NCBI GenBank assembly: GCA_963746145.1
Contig: CAVVAC010000003.1
Coordinates: 1,124,557 to 1,188,556 of the forward strand
DNA length: 64,000 nt
Reading direction: 5' to 3'
From: an uncultured Actinomycetes bacterium
Lineage (GTDB): Bacteria > Actinomycetota > Thermoleophilia > Solirubrobacterales > Solirubrobacteraceae
Of this stretch, positions 56,242-64,000 are shown piece by piece. The notes beneath the pieces were generated by a model. The model was not told where the DNA came from. It was given only the letters and a program-made list of their open reading frames with translations, and did no database searches. Position 1 is the first letter of the stretch. Each line of letters starts with the position of its first letter. The translations under genes and the position numbers were made by a program.

Positions 56242-57213
56242 GTGCCAACGTTCTGCCGTCACAACCGCTTCGAGGCGAACTGCCCGATCTGCCTGCGTGA
56301 GAAGGCCGATGCGGCCGCGCCTCGCCGGCCGGGGGTGCGCAGCAGCGGCGGGCCGGTGACACGATCGCGCAGCACGCGCCCGACCGCGCGCGGCGCCAGC
56401 ACGCTGCGCGTCCGCCACGTCGCGCGCGAGCACGACGACGGCTTCCGCTCGCGGCTCGCGCCGGGCTTGAAGGCGAGCGGTGACGCCGAGCGGCTCGCCC
56501 GCGAGCTGGCGTTCGCCAATGCCCGCCTCGATGTCCTCGCGACCGCGCCGCCCGGGCTCTACGCCGAGGTCGCAGCTGCCGCCGACCGCGAGGAGGCGCT
56601 GTGGCTCGCGTTCCTGATCGCATACCTCTCTCCCCTGGAGGGCGAGGACCCGTTCGCGGGCGTTAGCGCCGCCCGCACGCCGTGGGCCTCGGGCGAGCTG
56701 CCGGCACTCGAGGACGCGGCGCTCGGCCCGCGCACGGCGCACGAGCCGGGGCGGGGTGACGCGACGCTCGTCGCCTACCGCGCTTGGACCTCCCGCGCCG
56801 GCGCGCAGGACGCGGGCTTCTCCGGCGAGCTGGGATGGACGCCGGAGCGGCGCTTCGCGCGCACGTTCGAGCGGCTCGCGCTGCCGGGGCTCTCGCGCGA
56901 TGCGCGCTTCGACCTGCTGGTCACGCTCGGCGCGCTCGGCGTCCACGAGCTGCGACCCGGCGCGCTCCAGCTCGGCGGAGCGGACGAGACGACGGTCGCC
57001 GCCAAGCGCGTCTTCGGCATCGGCGACACGCTGCTGCTCGAACGCCGCGCCGCCGATCTGGCGGAGGCGTGCGGCCTGCCGCTCGCCGCGCTCGACCTCG
57101 CGCTCTGGAACTGGGGCCGGCCGAGCGCCCAGGCGCGCGCCACGCTCGGCGTGCCCGCCGCCGAGCCGGACGCCGATGCGTTCGTGCGCAGCGGCGACGC
57201 GCTCGGGCTCTAG
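56242..57213 (+). CDS. Alpha-glutamyl/putrescinyl thymine pyrophosphorylase clade-3-like protein (HhH-glycosylase-fold superfamily) with N-terminal Zn motif
   Basis: EEALWLAFL, AY.AW, RF.RTFE.L..PG.SR.ARFDLL.TLG.LG...L.PG.L.L.GA....AAKRVFG, LD.ALWNW resemble my recollection of the family; CRH-x6-CPIC N-terminus. Confidence 0.6.
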   Translation: MPTFCRHNRFEANCPICLREKADAAAPRRPGVRSSGGPVTRSRSTRPTARGASTLRVRHVAREHDDGFRSRLAPGLKASGDAERLARELAFANARLDVLATAPPGLYAEVAAAADREEALWLAFLIAYLSPLEGEDPFAGVSAARTPWASGELPALEDAALGPRTAHEPGRGDATLVAYRAWTSRAGAQDAGFSGELGWTPERRFARTFERLALPGLSRDARFDLLVTLGALGVHELRPGALQLGGADETTVAAKRVFGIGDTLLLERRAADLAEACGLPLAALDLALWNWGRPSAQARATLGVPAAEPDADAFVRSGDALGL

Positions 57214-57432
57214 CGCCACCTGAAACAACTCTGTTCCGTCCTCGCGACGGAACGCGCACGACAGCTCCTCGTGTGCTCTGTTCGACCGAACATGTGTCGA
57301 GGAACAACGTCGTTTATCTCTGCTATTTGCGAACTTTTCGCGGCCGAGTGGGGGTGAGGGGGCTGCGGTTGGCTCCTTCCACCGCCCGATAGGTGTGGCG
57401 TTGGCGACACCACGTGCCAGGGAGGGACCGGG

Positions 57433-58653
57433 ATGGAGCAGACAAGCGAACGAGCGCGGAAGACGGAGGAGCGCACCTTGGCGCTCGTGCAGCAGAACGC
57501 CGCAGGGCTGCTGCGCTTCGCCTGCCGCTTCTCGTTGTGCGCCGACGACGCGCAGGACGCCTACCAGCGCAGCATCGAGATCCTCGTGCGGCGGATGCGC
57601 ACGGACCCGCCGGACAACGTCCTGCCATGGATCAGGACGGTCTTGCGCAACGAGGCCCTGGCGGTCCGCGCGGAGCGCGAGAAGCTCGTCGGGCGCGAGG
57701 AGGTCGACTTCGACCGTCACCGTGCCGCCGAGCTCGAGGATCCCGCCGAGCGCATCGACGGCTTCGAGCAGCTCGCCCATGTCGCGGAGGCGCTGCAACG
57801 GCTGAAGCCGCAAGAGGTCACGGCGCTGGTGCTGCGTTCCGAGGGGCTGTCGTACAAGGAGATCTGTACCCGCCAGTCGTGGACGTGGACGAAGACCAAC
57901 CGCGCCATCACCGAGGGGCGCCGCGCCCTGCGCAAGCGGCTGGGGGAGATCGAGTCAGGGGCCGAGTGCGAGCGCTGGCTGCCGCTCCTGTCCGCGCTCG
58001 CCGACGGCGAGGCGACGGCTCGCGAGCTGGCCGACCTGCGCCCGCATCTGCGCGCCTGCACGGCGTGCCGCGCGACGCTGCGCGACTTCCACGACGCGCC
58101 GCGCGCGGTCGCCGCGCTCGTGCCGATCGCGGTCGTCCCTGCGGGGATGGGCGATCCGGGCTCGCTCTCGCGGCACCTGGAGGCCGTGTTCCAGGCGGTC
58201 GCCGAGCGCGTGACGCTCACGGCGTTGCGCGTGCACGGCGCGCTCGACACGCTGGCGGGCACGAAGATGGCGGCGGTCGCAGCCTCGACCGCCGCGCTGG
58301 CCGGGGGAGGGGTGGCGATCGAGCACGTGGCCCACGCCTCGGCGCGCCCGGTCGCGCACGCGCAGCGTGCGGCGGCGGCGGGCGGCACGTCGCTGCTGTC
58401 GACGGCCACCCGCTCGATCGCACCGCGATCGGGCGCGTCCACGACCCCCGCCGCCACCGCCAGCCGCAGCAGCAGCGGGACCACGAGCGAGTTCGCCTTC
58501 GAAGCCACGGAGAAGTCACCGCGGCCGCCTCGCCACGCCCGCTCAGCCGCCACGACGACCGCGCTCTTCGCCCAAGCGTCGCCACGGCGCCAAACGTCCC
58601 CACCGCCGGCGTCCACCGGCGCCACCGCACCCGCCGAGTTCGCGGGCCCTTGA
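57433..58653 (+). CDS. ECF sigma factor fused to ZAS anti-sigma domain, TM-like segment and disordered tail
   Basis: Region 2 (DDAQDAYQ, PWIRTVLRNEA), region 4 (EGLSYKEI), HLRACTAC (HxxxCxxC), KMAAVAASTAALAGGGV, S/T/P/A-rich tail with EFAFE and EFAGP. Confidence 0.85.
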   Translation: MEQTSERARKTEERTLALVQQNAAGLLRFACRFSLCADDAQDAYQRSIEILVRRMRTDPPDNVLPWIRTVLRNEALAVRAEREKLVGREEVDFDRHRAAELEDPAERIDGFEQLAHVAEALQRLKPQEVTALVLRSEGLSYKEICTRQSWTWTKTNRAITEGRRALRKRLGEIESGAECERWLPLLSALADGEATARELADLRPHLRACTACRATLRDFHDAPRAVAALVPIAVVPAGMGDPGSLSRHLEAVFQAVAERVTLTALRVHGALDTLAGTKMAAVAASTAALAGGGVAIEHVAHASARPVAHAQRAAAAGGTSLLSTATRSIAPRSGASTTPAATASRSSSGTTSEFAFEATEKSPRPPRHARSAATTTALFAQASPRRQTSPPPASTGATAPAEFAGP

Positions 58654-58692
58654 CCGACACATCACCCACACGCATCCGGGAGGTCGCACTCG

Positions 58693-60729
58693 ATGCAATA
58701 CCGTCACATCGCACCCACATTCCTGCTCATCCTCGCCGCAGCACTCCCAGCCCCAACCGCCCACGCCGGAACATTCACCGTCCACTCATGCACCACCCCA
58801 AGCGGAGCATGGACAGGCACCGAAGGCTGGACCAGCTCGGCGAGTGCGCCGATTATCGGTCGCGATAACGGAAGTACGACTCGCTGCGCGGCCCCTGGCC
58901 AGCCGTTCTCTCTTCAGTACGGCACCACAGGTCTCCCAGTTGCACCCGGTAGTTGGGTCGCTTGGAACTTTTCAGCAGCGCCCGATACAACGATCACGTC
59001 CGGTCACGTGTGGCGCGCCTACGCACTTAGTTGGCCCACGGCACCGGGTGTGGCAAATCGGCCTTACGCCTACCACCTGTGGCATGACGATGATGAGAAC
59101 GACGGTTTGCTCGACTTCAAGAGTCCGCTCCAAGGGGGGCAAACCCTCACACAAGGCATTCCGTCCGTTGTTGATGGCGAAGGGCAGACTTGGGATTCAT
59201 TACATGTAAGCGTCCGCTGTTGGGGTGCGGTCGGATCCCTTGACTGTGGATCCGCTCCGATCCAAGTCACCATCCCCCGAGCCACAATCGGCATCAGCGA
59301 CACAACTACGCCCACCGGCGTCGTCACCGGTGGCAACCTCGTTGGCACGGATCCGGTGCGTGGTTCAGGACGGGTGACGTTTCATGGGAGCGATCTGGGC
59401 GGTGGGGTGTATCGCTATGCGCTCTCCGTCGATGGCGATCGCGTTGCGCAGAACGTGGTCGACGATGCCGACGGAACGTGCGCCGACGTTGAGCCGGCGA
59501 ACGACGATCCGTATGAATTCGGCGCTCCGCAGCCATGCCCGCTCGCTGCCTCCGGGGAGGCGAGCTTCGACACCGCGACGCTGCACGACGGCCCGCACAC
59601 GCTCCACCTCACGCTCGAAGACGCGGCGGGCAACGTCGATCTCGTCGACGATGAAACATTCGACACCCACAACGCGCCGATCGCGCTCGCCGCTCCCGGC
59701 GTCGCGGGCACCGCGCGCGTCGGCAGCCAGCTGACCGCCGGCACCGGCCAGTGGGACGGCGCCCCCGACGCCTACGGCTACCGCTGGCTGCGCTGCGACG
59801 CTTCCGGCGGCCAGTGCGCGGGCATCGCGGGCGCCGACGACCAGGTCTACACGCCAACCACCGCAGACGCGTACCACCGTCTCGCGGTCGAGGTCACGGC
59901 CGGCAACGCCAGCGGATCGGCCACCGCCAGCGCGACCGGCTCGCTCGTCGCGGACACGGACGGACACCTCGAGCCGCCCGCCGGCGCTTCCGGCGCACCC
60001 CGAGACGCCCAACCGCAGCCCGCCACAGGCGGGATCGGCGGCCTCACAAACCCGCTCGGCCAGCTCGACGGCCACGTCGCCAACGGTTCGAACGCCGCCA
60101 GCGGCGCGCACATCGACCTCGGGTTCCGTCTGGCCGATGGCCGGCTCGTGCACCGCGCTCGCTCGCCGCGCTCGCATCACTGGGTGCTCGCCGGTCGGCT
60201 CACCGACGCGGACGGCCACGCCATCGCCCATGCGCGGCTCGGTCTCGCGTGGAAGGTGCTCGGTCGTCCCTGGGCCGCCCATGGGGAGATCCGCACCGAC
60301 GCGGACGGACGTTTCGCGACCGCCCTGCCCGAAGGGCCGAGCCGGCTCGTGAAGGTCACCTACTTCCCGTTCTCCGACAGCCGCGGCTTCGCCGCCTCCA
60401 ACGTCGTCCGTGAGGACGTGCTCGCACCGCTCACGATCCACGCCGACCGCCGCCGCCTCACCGGCGATCGCGTCGTGCGGCTGCGCGGCCACGTCGGCGG
60501 CGAGCTGCTGCCGCGCAGCGGCGTGCTCGTGACGTTGCAGGGCTATCAGGCCGGCTTCGGATGGCGGACCTTCCGCACCGTACGCACCTCGCGCAGGGGT
60601 GACTGGAGCACGCAGTACCGCTTCCGCCTCGCGAGCGGGCGCTTCGGCTTCCGCGCGCTCGTGCCGCAGCAGGGGAGCTTCCCGTTCCTCACGAGCCGCT
60701 CGTCGCCTGTCTACGTGACGGTCGGTTAG
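58693..60729 (+). CDS. Large secreted multi-domain beta-sandwich/Ig-like protein
   Basis: Signal peptide ending TAHA; GTFTV.SC, PCPL, P.V.GTARVGSQLT..TG.W...P..Y.YRWLRC Ig-like module, C-terminal carboxypeptidase-regulatory-like sandwiches. Confidence 0.85.
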   Translation: MQYRHIAPTFLLILAAALPAPTAHAGTFTVHSCTTPSGAWTGTEGWTSSASAPIIGRDNGSTTRCAAPGQPFSLQYGTTGLPVAPGSWVAWNFSAAPDTTITSGHVWRAYALSWPTAPGVANRPYAYHLWHDDDENDGLLDFKSPLQGGQTLTQGIPSVVDGEGQTWDSLHVSVRCWGAVGSLDCGSAPIQVTIPRATIGISDTTTPTGVVTGGNLVGTDPVRGSGRVTFHGSDLGGGVYRYALSVDGDRVAQNVVDDADGTCADVEPANDDPYEFGAPQPCPLAASGEASFDTATLHDGPHTLHLTLEDAAGNVDLVDDETFDTHNAPIALAAPGVAGTARVGSQLTAGTGQWDGAPDAYGYRWLRCDASGGQCAGIAGADDQVYTPTTADAYHRLAVEVTAGNASGSATASATGSLVADTDGHLEPPAGASGAPRDAQPQPATGGIGGLTNPLGQLDGHVANGSNAASGAHIDLGFRLADGRLVHRARSPRSHHWVLAGRLTDADGHAIAHARLGLAWKVLGRPWAAHGEIRTDADGRFATALPEGPSRLVKVTYFPFSDSRGFAASNVVREDVLAPLTIHADRRRLTGDRVVRLRGHVGGELLPRSGVLVTLQGYQAGFGWRTFRTVRTSRRGDWSTQYRFRLASGRFGFRALVPQQGSFPFLTSRSSPVYVTVG

Positions 60730-60742
60730 ACGCCCGCATCCA

Positions 60743-60776
60743 GGGCGGGCGGGACGGTCCTACGTCCTGCCCGCCC
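60743..60776. terminator. 14-bp GC hairpin between convergent genes
   Basis: GGGCGGGCGGGACG-GTCCTA-CGTCCTGCCCGCCC (one G-U pair). Confidence 0.65.
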
Positions 60777-61056
60777 GGGCGATGATCAGTGCCACGATCT
60801 CGGGCTCCAGACGCGAGATCCGTGTGATCTGATCGGTCGCGACGCCCGCCTCGTGCGCCGCCAGCACGCGCACCTCGAGCGCGGTCATCGCGCCGCGCAC
60901 CTGCTGCAACTGCTCGACGTCGCGACGCACGCGCGGACGTTCCTCCTCGCCGAATTCGATCACGGCCTCGGCGGCGCCGAAGAAGTCGAGCGCGGCGTCG
61001 AGCAGTGCGCGCTCCTCCGGCAACCACTCGCCTTCGACGGGGTCCTCGTCGCTCAC
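60760..61056 (-). CDS. Small hypothetical protein, possible C-terminal HTH
   Basis: GGAG SD 7 nt before GTG; helical sequence ending AHEAGVATDQITRISRL..EIV. Confidence 0.65.
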   Translation of the reverse strand: MSDEDPVEGEWLPEERALLDAALDFFGAAEAVIEFGEEERPRVRRDVEQLQQVRGAMTALEVRVLAAHEAGVATDQITRISRLEPEIVALIIARAGRT

Positions 61057-61154
61057 AAAGCAGCTCCAGATCGGGACGGACCCGTTTCATGAACGAGAAC
61101 ATTTCCCATCCTTGCAGCCGCGGCCGTACGACGCAAACGTCGTTTGGGCGCTGC

Positions 61155-61436
61155 TCAGGGGTGCTGTGAGACGGCTCCGGCGCTCGTGCCGGCCGGCGGC
61201 GGATCCGCCAGCTCCTCGGCACGGGCGAAGATCTGCGAGCAGGGGACGCTCAAGCCCGCGACGAGTCGCAGTAGCGTTCGCGCCGTCGGATTGCCGACCC
61301 CCGCCTCGATCTCCCAGATCCGTCGCTGTGGCACGCCGGTGAGCAGCGAGACCGCCTCTTGCGTGAGTCGAAGCTCTTCGCGACGTTCGCGGAGCGCCTG
61401 CCCGAGCGCGGTGAGGAAGCGGGTTGCATCCGGCAT
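61155..61436 (-). CDS. XRE/Cro-family HTH regulator
   Basis: LGQALRERREEL.LTQE.V....GV....I.EIE.G..NPT..TL..L..GL. Confidence 0.88.
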   Translation of the reverse strand: MPDATRFLTALGQALRERREELRLTQEAVSLLTGVPQRRIWEIEAGVGNPTARTLLRLVAGLSVPCSQIFARAEELADPPPAGTSAGAVSQHP

Positions 61437-61614
61437 CCGGCCACCCTCCGTGGCGGCCAGAGGTTCTGCAACGACATTTACGTCGCGATCCGTCAACCAG
61501 TCGGGGACGTTCCCCCCGGCGCGTCGGCGCTCGGCTCCGTTTTGCCGTCCACACCGAGTCGTACAGTCCTTCTCGATCGAGTCCCCCCTTCTCGACTGCT
61601 ACGCGGGAGTCGCG

Positions 61615-62070
61615 ATGTCCATCTGCTTCATCGAGCCGCAAAACGCCATTCGCGTGATCGCCAGCTCCGTCGGTCGTGAGGCGCGTCGGCAGCTGTTGGG
61701 CGAGGTCGTGCGCGCTTGGGTCGACGAGATCCCCGACGCGGAGCTGACGTCGCACTACGCGAAGGCCGTCGCCGACCTCGACGAGGACGACCTGTCGATG
61801 CTCGCGGCCTGGCACGCCTCGCTGGAGGTCGGCCATCCGATCGCCAACCGCGAGTTCCTCGTCAACGTCTTTCCGTCGCTCGGCGACAATCGACGCGAGG
61901 CGCTGAAGATCGCCGCCGGCTTCCGCGGCGAGGACGCGTTCGAGGCCGGCGTCACCGAAGAGCAGTCGCTCGAGCTGGTGCTGCCGTTCCTGTCAGACGC
62001 CCGCTGCCGTGAGCTCGCGCGCGAATGCGTCGAGCTGTACTGCTGGGACCGGCTCGGTTCCCCGAACTAG
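61615..62070 (+). CDS. Hypothetical protein (151 aa)
   Basis: GGGAG SD before ATG 61615; consistent GC3; no family recognised. Confidence 0.7.
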   Translation: MSICFIEPQNAIRVIASSVGREARRQLLGEVVRAWVDEIPDAELTSHYAKAVADLDEDDLSMLAAWHASLEVGHPIANREFLVNVFPSLGDNRREALKIAAGFRGEDAFEAGVTEEQSLELVLPFLSDARCRELARECVELYCWDRLGSPN

Positions 62071-62711
62071 GACGCGGGCGCGAGCAGCGCCTCGACGTCG
62101 GCGATCGCCTGCGCGGTCGAGCGGAACCACACCGCCTGCATCCCCAGGGCGCGTGCGGCGTCGCAGTTGACCTCCATGTCGTCCACGAACAGCGTCGCCT
62201 CGGCGGGGATCCCGAGCCGCTGCAGCGTCAGCTCGTAGATCGCGGGATCGGGCTTGCGCACGCCCACGAAGCCGGAGTCGACGACCAGCTCGAAGATCTC
62301 GTCGACCGGCAGCATCGAGCGCCACAGCGGCTCCCACTCGCGCACGTTGTTGGTGAGGATCGCCATCCGGTAGCCGCGCTCGTGCAGCGCGCGCATGAAC
62401 GCGAACAACTCCTCGTTCGGCTTCAGGTGCTCGAAGAAGGTCGCCCCGAAGCCGTGCAGCTCGACCTCGCGGCCCAGCTCCTCGCGCAGCGCGGCGCCCA
62501 GCTTCGCGAGGAACTCGGCCTCCGTGATCGCGCCCTTCTCGAGCTCGAACAGGGGGTGTGCGCCGCCGTCGGCCTCCGCGGCGCGCGCCAGCGCCGCGCC
62601 GAGCTGCTCGAGCGGGATGCCGTGGCGCTCCTGGATGCCGGCGAACGCGTCGAGCAGCGGCGACGTCAAGACGCCGCCGAAGTCCGAGACGATCGCTTCG
62701 ACGCGGCTCAT
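62067..62711 (-). CDS. HAD-superfamily phosphatase
   Basis: SDFGGVLT, LTNN, RKPDP.IY, FVDD...N; ATGA-coupled to the upstream gene. Confidence 0.92.
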   Translation of the reverse strand: MSRVEAIVSDFGGVLTSPLLDAFAGIQERHGIPLEQLGAALARAAEADGGAHPLFELEKGAITEAEFLAKLGAALREELGREVELHGFGATFFEHLKPNEELFAFMRALHERGYRMAILTNNVREWEPLWRSMLPVDEIFELVVDSGFVGVRKPDPAIYELTLQRLGIPAEATLFVDDMEVNCDAARALGMQAVWFRSTAQAIADVEALLAPAS

Positions 62712-63595
62712 GCGTGGCGCAGCACGTCGTAGCGTCCGACGCCCTCGCGCCCATCCATCCGCCACGTGAAGAAGGCCGCGTCGAGCCGCAGGCGGCCGAG
62801 CTCGAGCGTCGTCCCGCAGACCGCCTGACCCGCGACGTGGTAGGGGATCGCGTCCTCCTCGCCGACCCACAGCTCGAGGCCCGCGCGCAGCTGGCAGCCG
62901 CTCTCGTCGAGCGTGGTGGAGAGGCGGACGTCGTCGAGCGCCGCGGGCCGCTCTCCTCCGAGCAGCGCGGCGCGCGCGATCTCCTGCTCGTGCCCGCGCG
63001 CGTCGGCCGGCCGCACGGCCGCGAGCGTGAAGCCCTCGCCGTCCTCGAACCAGGCGGTGACGGTGCGGGCGAGCGCGAGCCGCTCCCAGTCGGGGGCGCC
63101 CCACTGATGCCCGCGCTGGCCGAGGCAGTCGAGCTGCCAGCGGCGCGCTCCGTGACGGAGGCTGCCGTGCACGCGGCACAGCTGCTCGTAGCCGTGCAGG
63201 TCGGCGGCGCTGTCGGTCAGCGCGCCCGCGCCGACCTCGGCCGGGTCGCCGCGCGCCTCGAAGCGCAGCTCGAAGCCGGCCTCGTCGCCGTCGTAGGTCA
63301 GCTCCCACGCGCGCAGCGGCTCGACGATCGTCGCGCGCAGGTCGCCGACGTCGAGCTGGCCCCAGTCGGCGTGCGCCAGCTCGATCGCGCCGGCCGCGTC
63401 GCCGACGATCGGCACGCCGGCGTGGAAGACGATCGCGAGCCCGCTCGCGCGCACGGGATCGCCCGGCACGAGCCCCAGCCGCACGCTGCCGAACAGCTCT
63501 TGGGCGGCGTCTCCGAACGCGTACGTGACGGCGTCGCCGAAGCCCTCGGTGCCGGACGCGGGCGTCCGGGCCGTCTCGTGCTCGGGGCCGATCAT
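62708..63595 (-). CDS. Hypothetical protein, lipocalin/CrtC-like beta fold (DUF7064/7065-like)
   Basis: EPLRAWEL.YDG, GYEQ..RV.G, GQRGHQWG motifs; family call tentative. Confidence 0.5.
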   Translation of the reverse strand: MIGPEHETARTPASGTEGFGDAVTYAFGDAAQELFGSVRLGLVPGDPVRASGLAIVFHAGVPIVGDAAGAIELAHADWGQLDVGDLRATIVEPLRAWELTYDGDEAGFELRFEARGDPAEVGAGALTDSAADLHGYEQLCRVHGSLRHGARRWQLDCLGQRGHQWGAPDWERLALARTVTAWFEDGEGFTLAAVRPADARGHEQEIARAALLGGERPAALDDVRLSTTLDESGCQLRAGLELWVGEEDAIPYHVAGQAVCGTTLELGRLRLDAAFFTWRMDGREGVGRYDVLRHA

Positions 63596-64000
63596 CGCCG
63601 CAGGTGCGAGGGATCGACGTCGTGCGCGCTGCCGTCGACGTCGGAGTCGCGGCCTCTGCCGCGGCGCCGGCGCGCGCCGGCCACGCCCATCAGCAGGCGG
63701 CTGCGCGCGTTGCGCAGGATGCCGCGGCGCAGCAGCGCACGCGAGGGCGGCAGCAGCATCAGCGCACCGACCGCGTCGGTGATGAAGCCGGGCGCGAGCA
63801 GCAGCGCGCCGCCGAGGATCACGAGCGCTCCGTCGACCACCTCGCCGGTCGGCGCGCGACCGCTCGCGAGCGCGCCCTGGAAGCGGCGCCAGACGATCCG
63901 CCCCTGCGAGCGCAGCAGCCACGAGCCGAGCAGCGAGTCCAGCAGCAGCAGGCCGATCGTCGGCAGCGCGCCGATCGCCTGGCCGACCTGGATGATCACG
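63592..64000 (-). CDS. fxsA: FxsA family membrane protein (5' end outside window)
   Basis: I.VGQAIG..PT..LL..DSLLG..LLR.QG, GG.LLL.PGFITD.VG.L.LLPP.R. Confidence 0.9.
   Translation of the reverse strand, partial: VIIQVGQAIGALPTIGLLLLDSLLGSWLLRSQGRIVWRRFQGALASGRAPTGEVVDGALVILGGALLLAPGFITDAVGALMLLPPSRALLRRGILRNARSRLLMGVAGARRRRGRGRDSDVDGSAHDVDPSHLRR

Noticed and set aside
57287-57300. LexA (SOS) box CGAACATGTGTCGA
   Set aside because: Right half reads GTCG instead of GTTC at the required GAAC-N4-GTTC spacing.
57214-62070. Prophage or integrative element
   Set aside because: No integrase, tRNA target, phage structural gene or flanking direct repeat seen.

Overview
High-GC, actinobacterial-type chromosomal window. 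Gene repertoire and style suggest Thermoleophilia/Solirubrobacterales (inference, not tested). About 60 genes. Housekeeping and envelope functions dominate: rhomboid, CorC-type transporter, xseAB, a Psp/HtpX stress cluster, two c-di-AMP (ydaO) riboswitches in front of NlpC/P60 and M23 cell-wall hydrolases, lgt, lysA-hom-thrC-thrB, an L,D-transpeptidase, a PBP and a MarP-like protease. A DNA-repair block follows (topB, AddAB/AdnAB-like pair, Ku), then gltBD, an FMO-TetR pair and three sigma factors spread across the window. No rRNA, tRNA, CRISPR array, integrase or transposase was seen. Most notable: (i) a stand-alone gene resembling the clade-3 alpha-glutamyl/putrescinyl-thymine pyrophosphorylase (base-modification) family, with an N-terminal Zn motif; (ii) an ECF sigma fused to its own ZAS anti-sigma domain, paired with a mosaic secreted protein whose 5' part has foreign codon usage; (iii) a MerR-PAS-GAF regulator divergent from sigF-like/ku; (iv) a HipA-like kinase/DUF3037 pair inside a split Psp locus; (v) an 18-codon leader ORF coupled to the CorC gene; (vi) a MITE-like element whose 54-nt core recurs 20 kb away with a compensatory hairpin change, plus other orphan structured intergenic elements; (vii) gltBD broken by roughly 25 mostly single-base insertions, most likely a sequencing/consensus artefact. 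All family assignments are from motif recognition, not database searches.
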